From Lachnospiraceae bacterium (GTDB lineage Bacteria; Bacillota; Clostridia; Lachnospirales; Lachnospiraceae), in contig SVFI01000002.1 of the NCBI GenBank assembly GCA_015056905.1, positions 68,758-132,757 of the forward strand: a DNA stretch of 64,000 nucleotides, read 5' to 3'. How positions within the stretch are numbered: position 1 is the stretch's first letter; each line of letters opens with the position of its first letter. The notes under the pieces were generated by a model. The model was not told the DNA's origin, did no database searches, and saw only the letters and a list, made by a program, of their open reading frames with translations. A program made the position numbers and the translations under genes. This document shows positions 33,663 through 42,383 of this stretch, one piece after another.

Positions 33663-36204
33663 GACTCTTTCTTTTTCTCATTCTCAAAACGATGATAAAC
33701 ATTACCCAGCCCAACAGCGAAAGGAGAACACCTATTTTCAGCATCGGTGTCTCATAAGTCAGACAGATTTCGTTTTCCCCCTCTTCCAGCAAAACGCCGC
33801 AATACATGAGGTTGACTTTGCAGAGCATCTGCTCCTTTCCGTTGACTTTCACTTTCCATCCATCACTGTATATCACCGGGAGACACAGCAATCTCTGCTT
33901 CTGTGCCTTCACATCACCGACAATCCTGTTATCCGTCCACGAAGTGACATGCAGAGCTTCTTTCGTGCGTTCTTCAAGCTTTGCCTCGTACCCGGTCAGC
34001 GGCAAATAATATACCTTTATTTCATCCACCTTATATTCCGCTTTTTTTGTGAACGAAACGTGTATCTTACGGACATCCTTCTCCGAGTAACCGACATTCG
34101 CCGCATATGTGTCATTTCCCGAAGAATACGTCGCATGTTTCTTTTGGAAACTCACATTGGACATCACGACATCATTTTCACGCATCTCTATCGTGGCAGC
34201 CGTCACATCCCCCGAGAGAATTTCCAGCCCTTTCCATTCAATGTAAATTTCTCCCGCACCCGGAATGTCGCGGATTTCCATATCAAATCCTGCATTTTCT
34301 TTACTTGTACGATACAGAGTGCCATCTTCACTCACAGAAATCCCGTCCTGCAACGTCAACTCAAAGGAAAGCTCTTCCGACCCGGTATCGATATCCTTCG
34401 CCGTCGTCTCGCCCAATCCTTGCGCCGAGAGCTCACTCGCTGTCGCCTCATCGACTATCGCCGCCTGTAAAACCGCCTCCTGCTTCTGCACCGGCGTCAT
34501 TTTTTCCGCCTCAGACTCCGTGATAAACGTATCATATCCGTAACTGAACGGAACCGCATTTTTATTCTGATATATCTTTCCCTTAACGTGCTCATATCCA
34601 TAAGGAATTCTTGCCTCCTGCCCCTCCGGCACCGTGTAATATTTCACCCCGGCAAGCGTTGTGAGAATCGTTGCATTATCCATTCCCGCGAGGCGGAAGC
34701 TTGTAAACACACCTGTATTTTCAAAAAAGCGATAATACTCCGCCATTTCCCGACTGTATCCGGATGCGTTCGTAACCAGACCGTGATATCCTCCTTCTAC
34801 CCACGCACTTGAAGCCGTCTTCGGTGTTTTGGTATTATCCACCCTGTACAAGGAAGTATCATCTATCCCTGACATCTCCATGTTTGAGCTGTTTGTCATA
34901 ACCCGGTAGCCGCTTCCTTTTTTGTGAAATTCCGTGACAAACCCTTCTCCGTTTTCGGAAAACAGCTGATATCCGCCCATCGCAATCGTAGACAAAAGAC
35001 ATAGATTCCAAAGAACCATACCGACTTTTTTCATTGTCTTTTCAGCGCCGCACCCGAATAATCCACCCAGCCAATCCGTGATATTCTGATATGTACTGCT
35101 CACGGTGATGGCACCGACCAGTACGAGTGCATACAACCAACGGTTATTGGCAACTTTTCCTCCGTTCATAAGACATCCGAACAGAGGAGCGCAAACTCCC
35201 GCAAGACATACCAGCCATCCCCATTTCAGCCTTGTTGCAATCATGTCTTTGCGACGCAACAGCATCAGTACCGACAGAAATACAAACGGGGAAAAGCCGA
35301 TAACTGCCCAATAATCATGCGTTATCGACGGGTGAAACATATTTAAACCAAGTGCCTTGTAATACTCTAAATCATAGTGCAAAAACGACATTACATTGCG
35401 TGCTCCGCCGCTTCTTGACGAACCAAGGAACCCCGCAACGGACGACAAAAAGGTTACACATCCGATGCATAATCCGACCAGATAATACCCAATCAGCCCT
35501 GCAATATACCGCACTGCAACATGCAATTTTTCCTTCCTTGCAAACACATCCGTCAGAACATAAATCGCAAGCAAAATGGAATTCATAAACAAAAAGTAAA
35601 AGCTAAACACTGCCGAATACGCTATCAGAAGCATAAAACGAACCGGACTTTTACCGCATCTGACGCGTTCTGCCGACTCAAAAATAAGCGGCAACAAAAT
35701 CATGGCAACCAAAAACGGGGCCGCCTTTGTCCCTGTAAACAACGTATATCCGCTGAAAACATAAACAAGCGCTCCCGTCACACGCGCCATATAATTTTTT
35801 TCAAATAATGACGTCAGAATCAGAAAACTGATTCCGCACAAATAAAGCCTTACAAACAAAAGCACAGCATAAACCGTCTCCGCTGCCTTTGCGTCAAAAA
35901 ACGCGTAGAAAAGATTCAGCGGCTCCATATACCACTGATAAATATACTGTACAATATCCGTTCCCATTCCGATGGAAAAATCATACCATCCCCACGTCGG
36001 GTCCGTAACGAGACGCTTTACCGCCTCCGCAAACGTCTCCGCCATCGGAATATGGTAAACTACCGCATCCGGATTCCATAAAAGCGAACGTCCTTCCAGC
36101 CAAAAAGGCAGAAAAATTATGAAAGCAAGAACGAAAAAGAAAAGCGAATACCATGCATACGCTTTCCAAGACATATTCTTTTCTCCTTTCATTTCTGTTG
36201 CCAT
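33646..36204 (-). CDS. YfhO-family membrane glycosyltransferase candidate
   Basis: 852 aa with about 13 N-terminal helices, a large extracytoplasmic region and a final C-terminal TM segment (IGVLLSLLGWVMFIIVL). This is YfhO-like topology. The call rests on architecture and context. Confidence 0.7.
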   Translation of the reverse strand: MATEMKGEKNMSWKAYAWYSLFFFVLAFIIFLPFWLEGRSLLWNPDAVVYHIPMAETFAEAVKRLVTDPTWGWYDFSIGMGTDIVQYIYQWYMEPLNLFYAFFDAKAAETVYAVLLFVRLYLCGISFLILTSLFEKNYMARVTGALVYVFSGYTLFTGTKAAPFLVAMILLPLIFESAERVRCGKSPVRFMLLIAYSAVFSFYFLFMNSILLAIYVLTDVFARKEKLHVAVRYIAGLIGYYLVGLCIGCVTFLSSVAGFLGSSRSGGARNVMSFLHYDLEYYKALGLNMFHPSITHDYWAVIGFSPFVFLSVLMLLRRKDMIATRLKWGWLVCLAGVCAPLFGCLMNGGKVANNRWLYALVLVGAITVSSTYQNITDWLGGLFGCGAEKTMKKVGMVLWNLCLLSTIAMGGYQLFSENGEGFVTEFHKKGSGYRVMTNSSNMEMSGIDDTSLYRVDNTKTPKTASSAWVEGGYHGLVTNASGYSREMAEYYRFFENTGVFTSFRLAGMDNATILTTLAGVKYYTVPEGQEARIPYGYEHVKGKIYQNKNAVPFSYGYDTFITESEAEKMTPVQKQEAVLQAAIVDEATASELSAQGLGETTAKDIDTGSEELSFELTLQDGISVSEDGTLYRTSKENAGFDMEIRDIPGAGEIYIEWKGLEILSGDVTAATIEMRENDVVMSNVSFQKKHATYSSGNDTYAANVGYSEKDVRKIHVSFTKKAEYKVDEIKVYYLPLTGYEAKLEERTKEALHVTSWTDNRIVGDVKAQKQRLLCLPVIYSDGWKVKVNGKEQMLCKVNLMYCGVLLEEGENEICLTYETPMLKIGVLLSLLGWVMFIIVLRMRKRKSRVENG

Positions 36205-36216
36205 AAATATCCCTTT

Positions 36217-37359
36217 CTATGCAGACTCCGTTATTTTCTTCTCCGGCACATTGATTGTTCCGAGCAATAAGAAAAACGGATTATATGCAAGCTCTATCAT
36301 CTGCGGATTGATTAGTCCGTGAATCAGAACAACCAAAATTACCGACGCCATGACATACTGTCCCTTACGCATCGTCCGATATAACACAATGCCCCAGCCC
36401 AGGCAAAGCAGAACTGCAAAAACCGTACCGTAACTGAAAAACGCCTGTACATACGCGTTGTCGACGTAATTGTATGCAAGGTCGGGATTATCTTTTAGCA
36501 CAGAAGCGCCAATCCATTTTATCCTCTGTCCAAACCAAGTCGCCCCATACTCATTCCATGCCCAGAACATAAGTGCAATTCTCATATTTAATATCTCATT
36601 CAACCTAACCCACACCGGTGATTCAAATGAAAAGTTTGATGCCGCATACACTCCCGCCGCTCCGAAAGCAAGCGGAATTATTCCTGCTCCAAGCGCTACC
36701 ACACGGCTTGATTTCAGATACTTTTCTGCCAACTGTGCAACACATGCCAACAAAATCATACCTGCTGCGAGCATTAAATTCGTTCTGCCATCCGTGTACA
36801 CATATATCAATCCGTTTGCCAAAACAATCAATAGCGCCAGCCAAACTTTCAGTTTCTTGAAATACGCCAGCAAAATCAATGACATAAAAAGTACAAAATG
36901 GCTGCCGAGCAGACAATGAGTATATCCGAGACCGTGTCTCTCCCTCAATTCTTCACGCCATATATAATCCTCGATAATGCCCAACTGCGAGCTCGTTACC
37001 GTCACAATCAAAAATGCCGCCTGTATCACAAAAGTAAGTTGAAGCACCTTTTCAAACGATACATTCTTTATCGAATAAACAAGCGCAAGACTGACAGCAA
37101 ACGACAACCTTCCGCAGCTGTACCCCACAAACATCATCAGCAGCACTACAAAAAGCTCCGCGACCGCGCGAACGGAAAACTTAAATTCCATTGACATCTT
37201 TACAAGCAAAAGTACCAAAACCGTATACTGCACAATTTCGGAGAGTGTTCCGATAGATACCCACTCACGAAAATACGTCAGATTGAGAATCATCAAAACA
37301 AGCCAGATTCCCAAAGCCGCCAGATATATAATTTCTCCGGGATGTTTACATCTTTTCAT
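36217..37359 (-). CDS. Polytopic membrane protein, Wzy-type polysaccharide polymerase candidate
   Basis: 380 aa with about 10 helices. A loop segment reads REELRERHGLGYTHC. There are no soluble domains, and the location is in a glycan locus. Confidence 0.45.
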   Translation of the reverse strand: MKRCKHPGEIIYLAALGIWLVLMILNLTYFREWVSIGTLSEIVQYTVLVLLLVKMSMEFKFSVRAVAELFVVLLMMFVGYSCGRLSFAVSLALVYSIKNVSFEKVLQLTFVIQAAFLIVTVTSSQLGIIEDYIWREELRERHGLGYTHCLLGSHFVLFMSLILLAYFKKLKVWLALLIVLANGLIYVYTDGRTNLMLAAGMILLACVAQLAEKYLKSSRVVALGAGIIPLAFGAAGVYAASNFSFESPVWVRLNEILNMRIALMFWAWNEYGATWFGQRIKWIGASVLKDNPDLAYNYVDNAYVQAFFSYGTVFAVLLCLGWGIVLYRTMRKGQYVMASVILVVLIHGLINPQMIELAYNPFFLLLGTINVPEKKITESA

Positions 37360-37374
37360 TTACCATTCCCCGCG

Positions 37375-38181
37375 CTATTCATCCAAATATTGTAACAACT
37401 TCTCTTCCTTCTTTGCCTTTTTGGCTTTTTTCTTAGATGTCTCCGAAGTACTCATAAACTCTTTGTAAGCCGGAAGCACTTCATCCGTCGGTCCGTCCAT
37501 TTTTAAGTTACCTTCGTGTAACCAGATGACACGCGTGCACAACTTACGGATCGTCTCCGTACTGTGTGACACAATCATTACCGTACGGTTGCTGTCTGAG
37601 ATGAGCTCTTTCATTTTCTTTAAGCTCTTTTTCTTAAATTTCATATCACCGACACTGAGAACCTCATCAATTAAAATAATGTCCGTCTCAAGGATTGCCG
37701 TGATGGAAAATGCAAGTTTGGAATACATTCCGCTCGAATAGGTCCTGACCGGCGAGTGAATAAACTTGCCCAGCTCGGAAAATTTCACAATCTCCTTATA
37801 CTTAGCACGAATCTGCTCCTCCGTAAATCCAAGCAGAAGCCCTGCCAGATATATATTATCTTTTCCGGATAACTCCTTGTTAAAACCGACACCGATTGCC
37901 ATCAAAGAAATCGTATGGTCTCCGATATCAATACTTCCCTCATCCGGCGAAAAGATACCTGCGATGGAGCGAAGCGTCGTCGATTTTCCGCTTCCGTTCT
38001 TTCCGATAAGACCGACAATCTCTCCTTTTTCCACGTTAAAACTGATTCCTTTTACTGCCTCAAACTCATCAATTTGTGACTTTTTCAAAGAAAACAAACT
38101 CTTTTTAATGGACTTCGCACGCACCGTCTTGTAACGGATGTGCAAATCCTTCACTTCAATTACCACGTTATTATCTGCCAT
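37375..38181 (-). CDS. Teichoic-acid/polysaccharide ABC exporter ATPase (TagH-like, no C-terminal CBM)
   Basis: Motifs are Walker A GKNGSGKST, YSSGM and Walker B IILIDEVLS. It has a short Lys-rich tail. Confidence 0.9.
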   Translation of the reverse strand: MADNNVVIEVKDLHIRYKTVRAKSIKKSLFSLKKSQIDEFEAVKGISFNVEKGEIVGLIGKNGSGKSTTLRSIAGIFSPDEGSIDIGDHTISLMAIGVGFNKELSGKDNIYLAGLLLGFTEEQIRAKYKEIVKFSELGKFIHSPVRTYSSGMYSKLAFSITAILETDIILIDEVLSVGDMKFKKKSLKKMKELISDSNRTVMIVSHSTETIRKLCTRVIWLHEGNLKMDGPTDEVLPAYKEFMSTSETSKKKAKKAKKEEKLLQYLDE

Positions 38182-38184
38182 GAT

Positions 38185-38967
38185 TTATATCACCTTTACG
38201 TAAGAATTTTCATATTTCATAATGGAGCGCACACCTACAATGCAGAGGACGACGCTGATGACAAACCAAATACCAAGCATGTCATAGTACGGACTTGTTC
38301 CGTATAAGATGCAGTTTCTCGCCCCCTGAAGAAGCCCTGCAATCGGATTTCCGTACAGCAAAATCATGTTGTACGGTTCCGGAACTCTCGTCTGGATATT
38401 GTAAAACACACCGGACATATAAAATACGAGTTTAAGCAAAACAACAACCACATTCGCAAGGTCCGATACAAACACTCCCAAATTCAATATGATACAACTG
38501 CATCCAAAGGTAAGGAGCAACAGTACCAGAAATACCGGAATCGCTTCTAAAACATGCCATGTCAATGGCACTCTGTACACCGGAATCATCACCACAACAA
38601 GCATGAAAGCTACACACATTTTGAATGCATTCACAATCATCTCATTGATGATAAGAACATATTTCGGTATATACACCTTGGAAATCATGCTCTTGTTGCG
38701 CTTTACCATGCGCACACTCTTGCGCACCGTGCGATTAAAGAAATCATACATATTAAGTCCGATAAACACGTAAAGCGGGAAGTATGGTTCTCCTTTGCCG
38801 AACACAACGAGCGCCATAAAGGTGTAGACCAGCATGAATAAAAACGGATCTAAAATCCACCAAAGCCAGTTCAGTCTGGAACCTGCCACCTCTCCCTTGA
38901 GCGTTGCCTTCGCACTGTATATCATATAGCTTTTGTATCTTTTCAAGTTTGCAATAAATTTTTTCAT
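38185..38967 (-). CDS. ABC-2 exporter permease (TagG-like)
   Basis: 260 aa with six helices. The ABC-2 N-terminal block is KATLKGEVAGSRLNWLWWILDP. It is adjacent to the ATPase gene. Confidence 0.9.
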   Translation of the reverse strand: MKKFIANLKRYKSYMIYSAKATLKGEVAGSRLNWLWWILDPFLFMLVYTFMALVVFGKGEPYFPLYVFIGLNMYDFFNRTVRKSVRMVKRNKSMISKVYIPKYVLIINEMIVNAFKMCVAFMLVVVMIPVYRVPLTWHVLEAIPVFLVLLLLTFGCSCIILNLGVFVSDLANVVVVLLKLVFYMSGVFYNIQTRVPEPYNMILLYGNPIAGLLQGARNCILYGTSPYYDMLGIWFVISVVLCIVGVRSIMKYENSYVKVI

Positions 38968-38970
38968 GTC

Positions 38971-40041
38971 TTAGTTTTCTTCTTTCATTTCCTCAAAATA
39001 TTGAACCGTGCGCTGCATTCCGCTGCGCAAATCCACCTTCGGACTCCAGCCCTCTGCGATTGCCTTGTCCGACTGCAGGAAGCCTAATTTATAACTTAAA
39101 TATCCCGCCGGCTTTTCCTTCGGAATATTCATAATCAGTTCCACGCCGTAATCATGAAACAAATCGCACAATGTCTGTGCAAGCTGCTTGACCGTAACCG
39201 TCTCCTCAGAGTTGGATACATTGTACACATATCCTTCAAAATGTAGCAGCGAATAGAAAATCCCCGCCACGACATCGCCGATATACGTCAGCGCAAGTGT
39301 CCCTGAGCCATCGCTATTCATCACAATATTCTGATGATTGACGATATTTCCGAGAAAATCACCGACTACCCGGCCGTCACTAAGAAGCATCCCCGGTCCA
39401 TACGTATGTGCAATACGCACGATACGGCAGTCAATATCATACTGCTGCCGATAGCTCACACAAAGATTTTCCGCCATACGCTTACTCTCCGGGTAGCAGG
39501 AGCGCACACTCGTCGGATCCACAACTCCGTACTGTTCTTCCGTCACAAAGTCAAGATTTCCTTTTCCGTAAATCTCTCGTGTCGACAAAATCAAAAACTG
39601 CTCCGTCCCGTGACTACGTCCGTATTCCAAAAGGTGATAGGTTCCGAGTACATTTCCCATCGCCGTTCCGACCGGGTCCGACGTAAACTGATCAGGACCT
39701 GTCTGACTCGCTGCATGAATCATAATGTCAATTTGGCCGCCAAAATCAAGTGGTGCTGTCACATCCTGATAAATCATATGAAAATCCGGTCTGTTGAGAA
39801 CATCTCCCCACTTCTTCTCCGTCTTCACCTTGTTACGGGCAATTCCGTAAAGCTGAATCCCCATCCCTCTCTCATCGTTCAAATAAAAAACGGTACGTGC
39901 AATATAAGACGCAATCAATCCGTTGATACCGGAAATCAGCACGCGTTTCCCCCGAAGCTTGTCCCACGCAATCGGCTCCGCCGTAATCCGCATCAAATCT
40001 TCCGTTACAATATGGCTCTGTCTCATCTCATCCTCCAGCAT
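38971..40041 (-). CDS. Extended SDR (NAD-dependent epimerase/dehydratase/reductase family)
   Basis: Motifs are the Rossmann loop VLISGINGLIASY, IHAAS and YPESKRMAE (YxxxK). It lies immediately downstream of the TarI-like gene. Confidence 0.8.
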   Translation of the reverse strand: MLEDEMRQSHIVTEDLMRITAEPIAWDKLRGKRVLISGINGLIASYIARTVFYLNDERGMGIQLYGIARNKVKTEKKWGDVLNRPDFHMIYQDVTAPLDFGGQIDIMIHAASQTGPDQFTSDPVGTAMGNVLGTYHLLEYGRSHGTEQFLILSTREIYGKGNLDFVTEEQYGVVDPTSVRSCYPESKRMAENLCVSYRQQYDIDCRIVRIAHTYGPGMLLSDGRVVGDFLGNIVNHQNIVMNSDGSGTLALTYIGDVVAGIFYSLLHFEGYVYNVSNSEETVTVKQLAQTLCDLFHDYGVELIMNIPKEKPAGYLSYKLGFLQSDKAIAEGWSPKVDLRSGMQRTVQYFEEMKEEN

Positions 40042-40051
40042 GATTCTACTT

Positions 40052-40771
40052 TTATAATCCGAAAATATCCTGGCTCTCTCTTAAGTCAATGAGGGCTTTC
40101 AAGATAAAATAATCTTCCGGCGTCGTAATCTTGATGTTAGTCGTCTTACACGGAACCATGTGAAGTTCCTTTCCAAGCTCCGTCATCAGAGAACACGTAT
40201 CAATCGTAATCGTATATGGCATCGTCTCGCCCTTCGTATGCGCCTCAAACACATCTTTAAAATAAAAACTCTGCGGCGCTTTCGCGACAAACATCGTGTT
40301 ACGGATGATGGTCTTCTCCACCTGTTCTCCGTCCTGACTTGTAATCGCTGTCTCTGTAAACGGTACGGCAGTAATCGCATTTCCGTATTTCTTCACGCCT
40401 TCAATATTGTCTGTGATAAGTTCCTCCGTGATAAGAGGTCTTACCGCATCATGAAGCAGCACAATATCGTCCTCTTTACAGAACGTCTCCAAATAGCGAA
40501 GTGCAATCATTTTGGACTCCTGCGTATCCTTTCCGCCGGTCAGAATTTTCTTTACCTTCTTAATGCCGAACTTGTCCAAAAGTTCCTGCAGATAATCTTC
40601 CCAACCCGCAATACAAGGAACAACAATACTGTCAATATCCTTGTGCTTTTCAAATATCTCAAGCGTGTATATAATAATCGGCTTTCCGTAAATCTCCAAA
40701 AACTGTTTCGGTTTCGCACTGGTACGCATTCTCTGTCCCGAACCACCTGCAAACACTAATGCTACATTCAT
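40052..40771 (-). CDS. IspD/TarI-family cytidylyltransferase (CDP-alditol synthesis candidate)
   Basis: Motifs are MNVALVFAGGSGQRM, KQFL and LHDAVRP. The start is ATG 40771 with an AAAGGAGG RBS. The ORF-track extension covers the promoter. Confidence 0.85.
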   Translation of the reverse strand: MNVALVFAGGSGQRMRTSAKPKQFLEIYGKPIIIYTLEIFEKHKDIDSIVVPCIAGWEDYLQELLDKFGIKKVKKILTGGKDTQESKMIALRYLETFCKEDDIVLLHDAVRPLITEELITDNIEGVKKYGNAITAVPFTETAITSQDGEQVEKTIIRNTMFVAKAPQSFYFKDVFEAHTKGETMPYTITIDTCSLMTELGKELHMVPCKTTNIKITTPEDYFILKALIDLRESQDIFGL

Positions 40772-40822
40772 GTTAAGTCCTCCTTTGTCCACCACACTCG
40801 AATTTAAGTACAGTTTGCATAT

Positions 40823-40851
40823 ATTATAACACATTTCTCTGCGCATATCAT
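40823..40851 (-). promoter_or_regulatory. Candidate promoter of the tarI-like-led array
   Basis: On the minus strand the sequence reads ATGATA (40851-40846) - 17 nt - TGtTATAAT (hexamer 40828-40823). Confidence 0.35.
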
Positions 40852-40864
40852 CCCCCTTTTTTCC

Positions 40865-40893
40865 TTGATTTATATACGGTTCTGGGCTAAAAT
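40865..40893 (+). promoter_or_regulatory. Candidate promoter of the pyruvyl-transferase / beta-helix operon (divergent from the previous promoter)
   Basis: The sequence reads TTGATT (40865-40870) - 17 nt - TAAAAT (40888-40893), 35 nt upstream of ATG 40928. Confidence 0.45.
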
Positions 40894-40927
40894 ATTTATG
40901 ATAAGAGATGAAAGGAAATACGACAAA

Positions 40928-42367
40928 ATGAACGTAAAAACAGCGATTAAAAAAGTACGCGAAAAAGGGCTCGGCTATGCGTTTAAATATGCAACGATGA
41001 AATTGTACTCCAAAACGCAGAGCGAGGACGCCCCTGCCAAAGACAAAAAGGCATACAACATCCTTCTTCTGACGAACCGTGATTCAGACAATCTCGGCGA
41101 CCAGGTCATCGAGGCCTGTGATATCGGTCTGATACAGACCGTGATGAAAAATCTCGGTGTCAAAGAAACACACTATATGATTAACAGCCGCGCAGCTGCG
41201 ATTGTTCCGCAGAAATATTTAAACACCCGCGATGAAAAACACCTTAAGAACGCCCGCAAGACCATTAAAGGCTCCGACATTGTTATTTTCGGAGGTGCGC
41301 CGCTCTTTAACTATCTTTATCAGACATTTTATGAAAAGACGGCGGTCACACTTGAAATCGCAGAGGAATTCCACAAACCGGTCATTTTTTCCGCCATCGG
41401 TGTGGAGCGTTACGAGGAGGACAACGCGAAGTGTCAGCGCCTGAAAAAAACTTTGAACTTTGACTGCGTGAAGCAGATTACGACACGAGATGATTTTGAC
41501 GCGTTGCAAAAATACCGCGAGAGCGAACATGTTACCATCGGAAAGGTTTCCGATCCGGCCGTATTCTCAGATAAGATTTTTGAAAACTACACTTGCAAGG
41601 ATAAATCAAAAGAAAAGAAAAAAATCGGACTTTTCATCCTTCGCGCCAACGGCTTTGTCGATAACCAGATTGATTTCGACCGTGAAAAAGCCGCCAAGCT
41701 TTGGCTTGACCTGATGGATGACCTCAAAGAAAAAGGATATGATTACGAACTTCTTACGAGCGGCCATTTCGGCGATGAGGCTTTTATCGATTATCTCATC
41801 CGCAACCACAACGTTCCGCTTAGCAAATGCGTATTCAACATGAACACACCGGAGAAGATGATCGAGAAGATTTCTTCCTATGATGCCATCGTATCATGCA
41901 GACTTCACCCGAGCATTATTGCCTTCGCCTTAGACGTTCCTTCCATCGGACTTGTGTGGAATGTCAAAGTCAAAGGTTTTTACAACAGCATCGGTTGTCA
42001 GGATCGTGTGATCGAAACACCGGGCATTACTTCCAAACTCCTTCTCGAAAAAATCGAGCAGGCCATGGAAGAAGGCGTAACAAAGGACAAGGATTATCTG
42101 TGCACCGTATACAACGCGTTATTCAACAGCATCCAACGTATCATCTACGGCGAAGAAAGTGATATTAAACCGTACACATACGATGAAATTTTAAAAAATA
42201 TGCCTGTTTATTCCGGTACCACCCCGACGGAACGAGAAGAGAAATTAGAGCGGAAATTCCGCAGAACCTACAATATGTACAACACCCGTTTCGAACGGAA
42301 CATGGAATATCAGGAAACCATCAAGAAACTCAAAAAGGAAATAGAAGAGCTCAAAAACAACAACTAA
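40928..42367 (+). CDS. Polysaccharide pyruvyl transferase family protein (CsaB/WcaK-like)
   Basis: Motifs are ILLLTNRDSDNLGDQVI, IVIFGGAPL and VSCRLHPSIIAFALDVPSIGL. It has a C-terminal coiled-coil tail. The start is ATG 40928; the ORF-track start at 40865 is TTG inside the promoter. Confidence 0.8.
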   Translation: MNVKTAIKKVREKGLGYAFKYATMKLYSKTQSEDAPAKDKKAYNILLLTNRDSDNLGDQVIEACDIGLIQTVMKNLGVKETHYMINSRAAAIVPQKYLNTRDEKHLKNARKTIKGSDIVIFGGAPLFNYLYQTFYEKTAVTLEIAEEFHKPVIFSAIGVERYEEDNAKCQRLKKTLNFDCVKQITTRDDFDALQKYRESEHVTIGKVSDPAVFSDKIFENYTCKDKSKEKKKIGLFILRANGFVDNQIDFDREKAAKLWLDLMDDLKEKGYDYELLTSGHFGDEAFIDYLIRNHNVPLSKCVFNMNTPEKMIEKISSYDAIVSCRLHPSIIAFALDVPSIGLVWNVKVKGFYNSIGCQDRVIETPGITSKLLLEKIEQAMEEGVTKDKDYLCTVYNALFNSIQRIIYGEESDIKPYTYDEILKNMPVYSGTTPTEREEKLERKFRRTYNMYNTRFERNMEYQETIKKLKKEIEELKNNN

Positions 42368-42383
42368 AAGAGAGGTGTTCCCA

